This document shows positions 37,559-49,500 of a stretch of 64,000 nt of DNA, piece after piece. Positions within the stretch are counted from its first letter, which is position 1. Each line of letters begins with the position of its first letter. The stretch spans positions 160,001 through 224,000 of the forward strand of contig OZ252287.1 of the NCBI GenBank assembly GCA_965250085.1, written 5' to 3'. Made by a program: the position numbers and the translations under genes. This stretch comes from Candidatus Altimarinota bacterium (GTDB lineage Bacteria > Patescibacteriota > Gracilibacteria > CAIRYL01). The notes under the pieces were generated by a model. The model was not told the origin of the DNA. It ran no database searches and saw only the letters and a list, made by a program, of their open reading frames with translations.

Positions 37559-39108
37559 TTTTTGGAACAATGGGGAATATCATTTAGAATGGAAGTCATG
37601 TCAGGAATCTGGTTGGTGAAATCAAAAAAGTCATTTTTGAGCCTTTGCAGCTGAAACTCTATCTCCCGTGCAAATTCGAGATGTTCTTCCAGATACAAGT
37701 ACCGCTCAATATCACTGGGATCTCCAGCAGTGGAAGAGAGTATCTTGTGTATGCTTTCTTCAGAGATTTCCTGGTCATATATGGTACAAAAATCAAAAAT
37801 TTCTTCTTGCGTTTGTATACTTTCTGGCGAAAGTTTGGGGAGGATATTGCAGTCGGTTTCAAAGAGTATCTGTGCTAATTTGTAATTTGCAGATTCTCCT
37901 GTATCCGGGCTCTGAGTGGTGCTTTCGGTGATATCTTTTTCTTTGTCTTCCAGTGGTGTTTTACTGCGGTAGTTCAAGAATGGAACTTTCTTGGGAATGG
38001 CATTAAAGTCCATGCCTATTTTTCCAAACAATGAGTTATTATCCTTAATGACATAGTTTTCGTTACTGGCTTTTTTTGGCGTCTCTACGGTGTGGTCGAG
38101 GAGAGAAAGCACTTCATATCCTCTCTGTATCATGCACTCTATACAGGCTGGAGTTTCTATCGGTGCAAGTGAAAATCCCTGTCCAGGTCGTATTTCGGTA
38201 TAGACACAAAACAAATCTTTACAAAACTCCGGAACACAATACATGCCATTAAACAGGGGGACAGCTCGTTCGTTTTCTCCGCAAGTGTCTTGAGGATCTT
38301 TTGCCTCATGCTGTGGATATGTACCTCTCAAAAAATCTGATCTTTCTCCGGCAAGGTCTGGAAGTTCTCCAGGAACATCAGAAATATTTCCCTGATCTGG
38401 AAGGAAAATATTATCTTCATCTGAGGAATGAGAGCCATCAAATGAAGTCAGAAAGAGGGCATCAGGATCTTCACAAATATTTCCAGAAAAATCTCCATCC
38501 CCATCACCGTCTCCATCTCCTCCTGATTCGGAAGGATCTTCTATGGTGCTTCCTTCAAAAGAATCTCCTCTTCTCAAGCCTGCAACAATGTCAGCATATC
38601 GACGTGATCTGCCATCATAATAGACTCCGGGGATGTATGCAGGCGGTACGGTCGCATTGGGTCCAAAGAGCAGGACATCCAGGACATTCAAATCCACGAT
38701 GATATCAAAAGTACTATCGGAAAGCGTGCCATTACTCCATCTGTTTCGAGCGGCATTTTCTTCGGTGAGAATATATTCATACGATGCCAGGAGTTCTGCA
38801 GAGGCAAAGAGTTTCTGAAATCTTTGCCAGCATATAAAAGAGCTTCCCCTGTTTTTTTCTTCCAAATCACTGCAAAAACTGAGTTTCCCCAGATCTTTGA
38901 GTTTGGGTGCAGAGGTTCGCAGTGCCTGTATATCACTGATTTCTACACCGGTCTGCAGAGCCAGTCGTTCGGATGCCATTTGATCTGGTTTTATCTGAAT
39001 ATCTTCATAGATCCGTTGGTACAGATTTTCTTCTTCAAATGCTGTAGCAGTGCCTATTGCACTGAATGCAAAGAATGAAATGCCGAAAAGGAAGAGGAGT
39101 TTTTTCAT
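37555..39108 (-). CDS. secreted Cys-rich hypothetical protein
   Basis: MKKLLFLF signal peptide; multiple Cys incl. CVPEFCKDLFC and CIEC; GDGDGD acidic linker. Confidence 0.85.
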   Translation of the reverse strand: MKKLLFLFGISFFAFSAIGTATAFEEENLYQRIYEDIQIKPDQMASERLALQTGVEISDIQALRTSAPKLKDLGKLSFCSDLEEKNRGSSFICWQRFQKLFASAELLASYEYILTEENAARNRWSNGTLSDSTFDIIVDLNVLDVLLFGPNATVPPAYIPGVYYDGRSRRYADIVAGLRRGDSFEGSTIEDPSESGGDGDGDGDGDFSGNICEDPDALFLTSFDGSHSSDEDNIFLPDQGNISDVPGELPDLAGERSDFLRGTYPQHEAKDPQDTCGENERAVPLFNGMYCVPEFCKDLFCVYTEIRPGQGFSLAPIETPACIECMIQRGYEVLSLLDHTVETPKKASNENYVIKDNNSLFGKIGMDFNAIPKKVPFLNYRSKTPLEDKEKDITESTTQSPDTGESANYKLAQILFETDCNILPKLSPESIQTQEEIFDFCTIYDQEISEESIHKILSSTAGDPSDIERYLYLEEHLEFAREIEFQLQRLKNDFFDFTNQIPDMTSILNDIPHCSKK

Positions 39109-39113
39109 AGATA

Positions 39114-39797
39114 TTACTGGCTGGCGGCGTTAATAAACTTGGCGGGCATGCGGGCAATTTGCGTGATAAACTTTTCCCACATGTCCCGCAGATCTTTGGT
39201 TTCAGAAATAAGGTTTTCAAACTCTGCATGCAGTGGATACAGGAGCCGCATTTCTGCATAACTCGAGAGCGTGATGCGCAGGGCTTTTTCAGCAGTGATT
39301 TGCTCAAATGTAATCTGCTCCTTGAGGCCATACGCGCATTTGAGCGCTTCTTCCACGAGATCAGAAGAATTGGCGCAGAGCTGGTTACTCTTTTTGAGCG
39401 TTTCAAGTGCTGATGTATATGCTTTCAGTTCCAGTTGCCGGCTGACGTAAACACCAGCAAATTCTGTTTGTTCTGCAGTACGGTCTCTGTTCTGATCTGT
39501 CTGAAACGATGTTTTAGCGAGCTTTGTAAAAAGCGCATTAAATGCACTATTTGCTTCAGAATGATACGCGGTGCGTATGTTTTCAAATCTGGATTCAACA
39601 CTTCCCTTCTTCTGAACGGTGTCACAATACTCATTATTTTCATCTTGTTTTTCATAATCTTCACAGGTATGAAACTCGGCAAGTGTGTTGAGTTGTTGTA
39701 GTGCATCTTCCGAGACGACTTCCTGAGCAGAGAAGGAAGGTCTGATGAGCAGAAGTCCAAAGACCAAGGCCAGAGATGTGAAGAGAAGTTTTTTCAT
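39114..39797 (-). CDS. secreted helical hypothetical protein, 4 Cys
   Basis: MKKLLF signal peptide; two Cys pairs; amphipathic helices. Confidence 0.85.
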   Translation of the reverse strand: MKKLLFTSLALVFGLLLIRPSFSAQEVVSEDALQQLNTLAEFHTCEDYEKQDENNEYCDTVQKKGSVESRFENIRTAYHSEANSAFNALFTKLAKTSFQTDQNRDRTAEQTEFAGVYVSRQLELKAYTSALETLKKSNQLCANSSDLVEEALKCAYGLKEQITFEQITAEKALRITLSSYAEMRLLYPLHAEFENLISETKDLRDMWEKFITQIARMPAKFINAASQ

Positions 39798-39799
39798 AG

Positions 39800-40525
39800 T
39801 TATCGAGTGGTCGTTTTAGGGATAGTGCAGGAAACTTTTTGCAGGACGGACTTGAAGGTGGCAGAAAATTTTCTGGTGAGTTCTGTCAGCGGAAACTCTT
39901 CTTGAAACCCATTCATACGGGTATGAATTTCCTGAAGCTTCTGGCTGATATATCCAATCTGCTTATCCCGCACAGATTCCTTCATTTTTGATGCGAGCTT
40001 TGCCGACTGGATGCGCATCTTTACTTTTGCAAATTGGCGGCACTGAGCAATAATATTGAGCTTTGCTTCTCGTGGCTCGAGCAATGTGCACCCGACAAGA
40101 CTCTGATCATCCATTTCGAATATTTCCATGGCGTTTTCGACGTTCAATTCTTTTTCCCCTCCGTCAGCTCCGGAAATGGTATCCCCACAAATCTCCATTG
40201 TTGTTTTCTTCCACTTCTCATATGTGCCAGTGGTGACTTGAGACTCTACAAAACCGCACACAATGCTCAGTTGACACTCATAAGTCCCAATGGCGCTGGA
40301 AAAAAGTAATGCCGGATCCACGATTGCCGGATCGGTCAAAATGGGATCTGTTCGAGAAGTGAAGATCTCATCCACCTGGTCAAAGACAGTGGTATATCCT
40401 CTCAGACATTGATCAGGATTCACTGCTACAGATTCTTCTTCTGTTTGTGCATTTGTCAGCATCAAGGATGGTGCAAAGATGCTTCCGAGTACAGTGGCCA
40501 AAAGGAAAAGAAAAAATCGTTTCAT
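39800..40525 (-). CDS. secreted Cys-containing hypothetical protein
   Basis: MKRFFLFLL signal peptide; 7 Cys; 4 nt downstream of giant gene stop. Confidence 0.85.
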   Translation of the reverse strand: MKRFFLFLLATVLGSIFAPSLMLTNAQTEEESVAVNPDQCLRGYTTVFDQVDEIFTSRTDPILTDPAIVDPALLFSSAIGTYECQLSIVCGFVESQVTTGTYEKWKKTTMEICGDTISGADGGEKELNVENAMEIFEMDDQSLVGCTLLEPREAKLNIIAQCRQFAKVKMRIQSAKLASKMKESVRDKQIGYISQKLQEIHTRMNGFQEEFPLTELTRKFSATFKSVLQKVSCTIPKTTTR

Positions 40526-40529
40526 CGTT

Positions 40530-43500
40530 TTAAAAGGAAAGAGGAGTACTTTCAGAAAAAATAACAGTATTTTCTGTATTTAATATCGCGGCTTTGATGA
40601 GATCTCCCGCACGAATATCACTTACAAAATCCAGAAGCCCACACAGAGCCGGGTCACCGGGGAAGATATGAACTCCTGGAGATAGGAGTTCTGCTTCCGG
40701 AATGATCGGACATCCCCGTGCGTCATCCAGATCTGTGGGGAGAAATGGACACACATCCTTCTTTCCATCTGTATCTCCATCTCCATCGCCATTACTATCT
40801 CCTGAAAGATCTGAGTCCGTGCCAGTATCCGAAGTGTTGGTATCAGTATCTGTTTCATCCGTTGAAGAAGTATCGTCTGCATCGCCTTCAGATGAATCCC
40901 CATCTTGAGTATCATCATCTGCATCATCACCAAATGGATTGGTACCTGCCGCAATTTCATCTGCATTGGAAACTCCATCTGCGTCCGCATCTTCATCGGC
41001 ATCATTGGGATCGGTCTCATCTAGTCCGACGTCTATCTCTTCAAAATCCATCAGTCCATCACCATCGGTGTCTTTTTCCCGGCAGTCGGCGACATCTAGA
41101 ATCTTTTTGGCCATAAAGGCAAATTCGGCGCGAGTGATCGGTTGCTCGGGCAGGACAAACCCTCCGTCTCGTACGGGAATAAGTCCCAGATTGATACCCG
41201 TCAGCACATATGGGGAGTACCAGGCATCATCAGGCACATCTCTGAGAGTGTCAGAAACATCAGATGTTTCTTCGAGCGATACTTCTGCAGATCTGAGGAG
41301 AATAGCTACTGCTTCTGCCCTGGAAATATTATTCACGGGTTTGAACTGCCCGTCACCATATCCTTCTATCATTCCCAGCTTTTTGGCCTTTGAAACGCAG
41401 AACGCATACCACTGTTCAAATGAGACATCGGGGAATGGGAATGGTTCAAAAAATCGATCGATTTCTGCTGTACTGGGGTTGGTACAATCCGCGCAAGCAG
41501 TTGCGCCCAGAACTATTTTGACAAATTCTGCACGGGTGATCTGCTGATCCGGACGAAAGGTGCTATCGGCATATCCTTCCAGGATATTTCGTGTGTACAG
41601 TTCAAAAATAGCATCGGCATAGGGATGCTCTGCATTGAGATCCGAGAAAGGAAATTCCAGAGTGGTGGTAATAATTTCTGCAGGATCTTGGTGAGAAGAA
41701 GCAAATTTGGAAACGTCTTGTTTTACTGCAAGTCGAGAAGATTTGGCAGTAAGATCTTCTCCCTGATGCAGAACGATGTCTTGAAAGTTTGTTGTGATGA
41801 AGATATCGAAGACAACATCATTATTTCTCAGAACCTCCAAAACAAGTGGTTCGGATGCAGGATCCTGAACTGTTTTGAGTCTGAGGTTCATATCATTTTG
41901 AGTGAATCTGATATCGCCTTCTTTGGAAATCATGGCCAAGGTCTTTTGCTCGTTTGCATCAAAAATGATTCCGCCTCCGGCAAATACACTTGCATCAGCC
42001 GGAAGATTTCCGAACTCAATTTGATCTTGAATATCGCGATCAAAGACACTGACTCCAGAAAGACGTCCCACTGATCCCTTCGTAAACTCGAATAGAGAAA
42101 GATACACATCACTTCTGTCATTAGCGATCAGGAAGACGCTACTGGCGATACGCCCATCCGAAGAGACGATAGCGACTCTGGGGAAATAGGTTCCATCCCC
42201 AGGAAATACCTCCAGGCGATACCCAGGAGCTTCCAAAATGATCTGACCAGTACTGGCAGAAACTCTGCCGATTATTTTTCCTGCAGTATCTTTGATCACC
42301 GCATCTGAAGAAAGGGAAAGATCTGGAACCGTAAATGTCCCCTTCTGATCTGTCATATATCTTCCACTCTGATCTGCGGAAGAGGTTTTGATCATTTTCC
42401 AGGTATCAAACCGGTTTCTCAGGAGCGAGATCGGAATATCTTTCAGCGGTGGAGATACTCTCCCCGTTATTTTCTTTTGTGCAAGATCTGCTTCTGTAAG
42501 GATTACATCAGGTGCAAATACTTCGAGAAGAAGAGGTACTTCTGTTGCATTCCCCCCTTCATCTGTCGCTGTCAGCAATATTCCCTTTGTTTGAGGCTCA
42601 TCAAATGGTCCCACTTGCACTTCATATCCCTGAGCATCTGTCACCCCATCTCTATCGAGATCCCATGCAAATGAGAGACTACTTTCAAAATCAAAGATAC
42701 CCTCGGCAGAAATATTTTCTGTTGTAAAGATGGGAATCCTCTTGGTACTCTCGCCGACAAACAGCGGACTCGAATCATCATTTTGAGCAATAGATGCCGC
42801 CAAGTGTCCTTCCGAGAGAGTTCCTGTCTTTCCATCAGCCATCAGATATCGCATCTTTATGGTCCAAAATCCTTCTTCGAGATCAAATTCGGTAAACGGT
42901 ACTATAAGTTCTGAAATCATTATTTCTTCATCGCGTTCAATATTCATTTCTTCTTTCAAGACATATTGAGACCTTGGGCCGGAGAGAAAGACATCACGCT
43001 CCGCACCAGTAGGAAGGTGTTCTTCCTTGAGAAGCAGTACATACTTTGTTTTACTCCCAGTATCTCGTACATGACCAGTGAGAGCGTTTGTAAGAATAAT
43101 TTCTACTCCAGCAATGCGAGGAGCATCTCTCTCTGCAAAAGAAAGAGATACTTGAGATCCGTTCATTTGGAGAGAAATGTTTTTCACTGCATCTATCTCA
43201 GGAGTAAAGCTTGAGAGTGACCCTATTTCCGGATCAAATGGAACTGGAAGTTTTGGTTTTTCAAACGTTCTGTTTTCTTTGACCAGCACTCTCTCCGCTG
43301 TGAGCAGTAGAAGGTCTTCATCACCATCTCTATCAATATCAACAAATCTCATATCTCGGACAGAATTAGCAAAATCATCATAGGCGACTACTTTCTGAGC
43401 ACTTTTTCGTTCGTGATCATAGACAAAAACCCCTCTTCTCTGATACTCACCTGCCGGAGCGCTATTGTGAACACTTTGTGAAGAAGAATTTGAAGAAAGA

Positions 43501-46500
43501 GAGGGTGTTTGTGGTGGAGGTACTAACTGGGCGACATGCTTTTTTGGTATTTCACTCAGAGATGCAATACGCTCTGATTTTGTTTTCCTTGATCTCTCTT
43601 CCTCAAAAAGAATAGAAATATCGTCTCGTGCGAGGAGATTTCTACTTCTTTCTCTATATTGTTCTTCACGATCCAGAAGTGCCGTACGCAGATTTTGTAA
43701 ATATACATACGACGGAGTTGTCCGAAAAGGAACAAACCGTGAAGGCTCCGCAATACCAAAATGTTCAGCGGCTTCTTCCACAGAGATTTCTCCGGTTTGC
43801 TGGGAAAGCTTTTGGAGCAGAGCAAACTGCTTTATCATTTCTTGTGAAATAGGTTCAATGCTCTGATTTGGCTTTTCCAAAGAATCTACTGGGTCAGAAG
43901 GAAGTGGTGTTCGAGGAGGTAAATCATCTCCTCCCCTCTCTCCTGGAAGTGGCTGGATGCGGATATCTTCGGGAAGAGTGTGTCTGAAATCGAGAATATC
44001 TCCAAAATCAAAATGTTCATTCATGACCTTCAGGAGTTCTTTTCTTTTTTCAAATACCAATCCATTCCATTTATCCACTTGTGTTCCCACGACCTCTAAG
44101 ACAGACTCAAAACTCAAAGTAAAATTGACCTGTGTGTGGACGCGGATTTCATCGATACCAGGAATATTGACACTTGGGAAAGAAAGATTAAGAAAATCCA
44201 TGTCTAGTAGAACGGAAGCAGGGCGATTGGTCAGAGTCTCAATAATTGGTTTGAGTCCTTGTTCCGGATAGATAAAAAGTCCTTTTTTTACAAAGAGACA
44301 GTACAGTTCTAAGAGCTTACTGGTAACTCTCATGATTTTACTAATGTCTGCAGTAACTTTTGGAAGTTTTGGTGGTGGTGGCACCGTTGGGAGCTCTGGA
44401 ATGGATACATCCGGAAATGGTGGAAGTTCCGGAAGTGGAGGAAGCTGTGGTAGTAATGGAACCTCAGGAAGGACAAGAGTGACGGTTGGAACTCGAGGGA
44501 GTTTAAGCCGTGGAAGCTTTGGGAAAGGCACCTCTACAGGAAAGAATCTGAGCCGTGGAACACTTACTTCTATAGATGCTTTGATCTGAGAGATATCTAA
44601 TACAATATCTGGCAAGCTGGGGAAAGTCAGTACCGGTGGAGTCGGAAGAAGTCCCAGCACACCTTCAAACACACTATTGGCGGTCGTAAATTTTTCTGCT
44701 TTGCAGGCACTACAGTTTTTGGTGGGATTATCAATTGCTTTGATCAGATCTTCCCATTGTTTCTTTATTTCTTTTGCTGTTTCAAAAAAGAGAATCCAAG
44801 ATTTTACCCGGTTCAAATTGGTCTGGAACCACCCACTCATCAAATCTGTAATGGCATCCACGTAGCAAATAAGACCATTTATATATTTGGCGAGTTCTTC
44901 ATCAAAATGAGATACAATATTGCGGAAATTGGTGTACTCTTCGAGGATTTCCAGATTTCGATCAATAGAGTTTAGAGTGCCCTGATACGCTGTATCAACT
45001 CGTTCTTGCATTTTTTGCCATGCCTGCTTTGCTTTGGAGCATTCTTCTTCAGAAATCCCCTCTTCACATTCCCAGTGAGCTATAAACTCTTTCCAATCTG
45101 CAATTTCATTGATGGCATGCTCTTTCCAACTGCTCATATCATCCACAATACGACTCATTTCTGACCTCGGAATATGTGGCACTTGAATACTAAAGGTCTC
45201 TTCTTCAACATCCAGTAGAGGAATACTTTTCAAGAATGAATACATCTGCTCTACGCTTTCAATCTTCTGATTGATTTTTTCAGTTCCGTCTTGAATCAGA
45301 TCCAATGTATCATAGGCTGATTGTGCTCCTTCTTCTTTTTGAGCTTCCGGAGGTTCTGCAGGAGGAACTCTTTCCTCCTGATCTTCTCTGAGAGATGCTC
45401 CCGTAAAATCTGGGTATACCAGAGTAAATGTTGGCATTTCAAATGCTTTTTTTATTTCACCTATCTGCGCACTGACCCAGCGATCAAAGAGTCCAGGTCC
45501 TGGCTGAGGAACGGCATTCCGTCCGGAAGAGGTATTAAATCGTACTGTGCCAATTTCATAGTCCACCCCTATTCGTCCGGAAGTCGGTATATTCCCCTGA
45601 GTGCTACCGTCTACGACAAACGCTACATTACCTCCTACTGATGAAATAGCCTTGTCGGCTTTGGAAAGGACATTTTGAATGCTCTCATTGATCTCTTTAC
45701 ATATATTGGTCACTGAATCGAGAATGGGTACTCCCGTTGCAAAACATTTCCCTACGCTATAAAGACCATTGCACAGAGCGATGCCAGTCCCTCCATTCAA
45801 AGTAGGGGAAATATAAAATCGAAAATAACTGGTTTTATCTTTAATACACTCAGGACCGAAACATACAAATTTTGGAGGGGTTTTAGTAAACCCAAACACA
45901 GGAGCCACAAATGGTTCATTTGGACCTTTTGCTCCTTCTCCGTTTGCCAGTTTTCCCAGAGTTTGATTCAACTGATTTTCCAAATTTCCAATTCGAGATG
46001 CCAAGCCAGCACCTCCAGTGGAATTTAAAATACTTTGAAAATCTTGAATAGGTTTGAGTCCTCCCTGTAAGGTTTGAGTTGCTGCATTTACCAGTGCCTG
46101 AGAGATATTTACCGGACCGGGGACAAGAAATGCATAGTTGATCGGCAATGCAAGACATCCTCCCCCTTGGCATGTCGCATTATTGACGACATCCAATGCC
46201 TTGCCGAGCTTTCTATCGAGTGTATCCAGGTGTTCACCAAATTCACTTCCATCGGTGCCAACAGTGAGTATCCCCTCTTGAAAGCTGATCCCATCATCAA
46301 AATAATCAGCAATGCCATTCTCATTCTCATCAGCACTCCATCCATCTTGAATTCCCTGAATGTGATCTGAAATGCCATCGGCATCACTATCGGTTTCAAA
46401 AGTATCGGGAATACCATTGTGATCAGCATCAGTGATATCAGGAAGGAAGTCAGGAGTCTCTGGTTCTTCTTGCTCTCTGATATGCTTGGTGTATGACCTC

Positions 46501-49500
46501 TTTCCGGTAGAGATAAAACTCAAGATTTCCTGATCTTCTGAATTGGGAAAAAAGAAGGAAATATCTACAATTTCATCATTTGGAAATCCCTCTTCGGAGA
46601 TATGTTCCAAAATAAACTGCCCTTCTGGCACATCCGTCAATATCAGGTCATATGTAATTTGAATACTTGCCTCCGCAGGAATATTCCACACCTGCAGTAC
46701 CAATCCTTCACGAGAAGATGGAGGAATGATAATCATCTCTTCTGTGCATCCCGTGCAAGCGAGACTCTGTGGATCATATTCCATACCCGCGAGGATCATA
46801 TCTCTGAGGTGTAGCTCTGATGATTGAGAGGAAACAGTAAGCGTCACTTGCACACGATCATTTTTTTGCAGAGTGTTACCATTTACATCGTGAAGAGTTT
46901 TTTGTATTCCCCTTGCAGGAATATTTGAAAGAGCGGTAAACAAAGCAGTCTCTCCAATATTTGAATTGTGATAAGAAATACTTCCAGAATCAAAGGTGTT
47001 AGAATTTTGAATCCCATCAGTCAGTTCTGCTGCCCAAAGATTACTTCCACTTGGATTTCCTGCTGCTTGTGCTGAGAGGACTTCTGCTACTTCACTCTGA
47101 GAAGGTTTGGTATCACTTGGAATCAGAAATTCTTCTGTGAAAACTCCCTCTGGAATATCTAATCCAGAAATCAAGAGAGTATCAGATATTCCTTCGTCAG
47201 AAAGAGTTCCTCCCACAACATCTAGCCGGACAGGATCTTCCAATTCTCCGTTCCTGGTGCCATATCTGATCTGCAACTCACCACTCAGAGTATGTGCGAC
47301 CAGGTCAGAATATCCGTCCCCGTCCAAATCTTCCAGCAGTGCACTATGGACCTTGTCTTCCAGCGTTTCCTGTATAGAGAGAACACCTTTTTCATTGTGT
47401 ACCACAATATGATCATCATTGGTTTCGACCAGAAGATCTGAAAAATTATCATTCGAATCACTACTGAGAATTTGATCTATCCCCTTTGTCAGTTCCAACC
47501 CTTCTCCCCAATTTCGAAAAGCTCCTTCTGTGCTCGCGAGAAGAAATTCAGCAGTTTCAGATCCTTTTTGAAGAACAATGTCAGAAAGCTCATCTCCGTC
47601 TATCTCAGCATCATCCAAACTTTGAAAATCAAAAAATGGAGAGAAATGAACTTCTGTTCCCACTGTATTATCAAATCCAGTACTTCCTACTGCAGGAGGT
47701 TTGAGCGAAAGAGTAGGATCCCCCCATGTCATCAGAAGCGGTGTCGTCATATGCTTCATGGCATTCCCTATATTCTGACCACCAGCAATCAAAAGATTTG
47801 CAATTGCCTCCTGTTCCCATCCCACACCACCTACGTCTTGCGACACTGCATCTGAAGCACCTTCATACAGCAGGACTTCTTCTGTTTCATCAAAAAATAT
47901 ATGCCCAGCAGAAGATTCTCCGTTTTGAGGAAGAATCTTTGCTCCCTTGATGACAAACTGTCCGACATGCTTGGTGTGGTCAAGCATCAGACCTAGTTGT
48001 AAGTTTTTATTTTCATCTTGTAAAACTTTAAGAGAAAATCGATTGTCAAAGATTTGAAAAGAAAGATGTGCGTCAACACTCATAATTTTTCTTCCATCCA
48101 AAAAAATCTCAATGTTTTTATTATCTCCTGATGTGGTGAGTACATCTGCTGTATCAAGTGAAGAAAACAAAACACCATTTTCTCCTGGAGCGAAACCTTT
48201 TGTGGTCAGAACTCCATTTGCTGGGGGCAAGAGTTCAAATTCAGAAAGAGTTTTAAAAGTAATTCCGTCGAGAAGAGTAATACTCAGAGGGTCCAGTGAT
48301 GAGAGAGTTGCTACTACTGTTTCATCAATTATATGCACATCGCCATTCTCCCCAATAGAAGCTCTTTGAGCAGAGCTTGTAGCACTTTGCGTAAGTCCGG
48401 TAAAAGATAATGTTTTTCCAGAAAAAATCATGTCTTGAGCCAAATTACTATGGAGTGGATGAGCAGTAGGAGTTCCGAAAAATTGTGTCATCAAAGCATT
48501 TGGCCGTATGACAGCAAATCCTTCTGCAGTAATGGCAGATCCGAAAGAGAGTTCCAGTGGAGTCGTGGTATTTTTATATTCTGCAATAATTCTGAGTGTT
48601 CCAGTATCTCCAGAAGGCGTAATCACTACTTGGTTCCCTTCTTTTTGTGCTTGGGCAAGACTTTGGGTGCTGCTGTGAACTGTGACCGAAAGATCTTCGG
48701 GGAAATCTTCTGGGGCAGATACGACATCTCCTGAAGCAAGACGAAGAGCAAGATCGATACGAGTAGGGGAATTCAAAGAAAGAGTTTCTGGAGGGTTTAG
48801 AAAAAGAATTTCTGCAATTTCTGTGGCGCCTCCATTCTCTCCCAAGAGCAGTTTTGCTGATTGAGCATATGGCATAGTCGCCGAGAGAGTCACTGGGCCC
48901 CTGCGCACTCCCACGGGGAGAGTTGCTTTTCCTTCTTTCAAGGTATAGCGCGTATTTGAAAGAATTGCTTTGGTGGGATCAGAAATCGCAACAGTCACTT
49001 CTCCATTATTACCTATTTCGTTCCCCTCTTCTCCTTGAACTGAAATATCTACGGTAAAAAGTGTTACCCCTTTGTTTTGCTGAGGTTCTTCGTCAGAGAG
49101 TTCAAGGTTGAGCTTGAGCTCTGAAACCACTGAAACAGATATTTCTTGTGTTCCAACTACCTCAGAAGTAGCCGTGAGAGTGATTTTTCCTGTCTGGGTT
49201 GCTTGAAATGGAACCTCAAAACTTCCGGAAACGACAAAAATTTGAATTCCCGCTGCATCTGGATTGATATCCGCTACGAGAAGTTCACCTGCTCCATGAA
49301 GAGAGACAGTAATCTCAATACCTCCTGCAGCCGTTTTGACACCGTTCGCGTCAACAATATCTCCCGAAAGGTGAGACTTCATTCCCGGAGAAAGTACGAG
49401 ATCTGAAGTGGTGAGACGAATTCCCACTGGATCTTCCCGAGAGAGTGGCTCTACCAGATCTCCAGTGCGTCGATCTCTAAATGGCTGAGCACTGAGTGCA

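Noticed and set aside
40622-41547. Alternative-frame and antisense ORFs over the giant gene tail (and similar shadow ORFs elsewhere)
   Set aside because: Shadows of low-complexity or strongly biased coding sequence; no independent motifs
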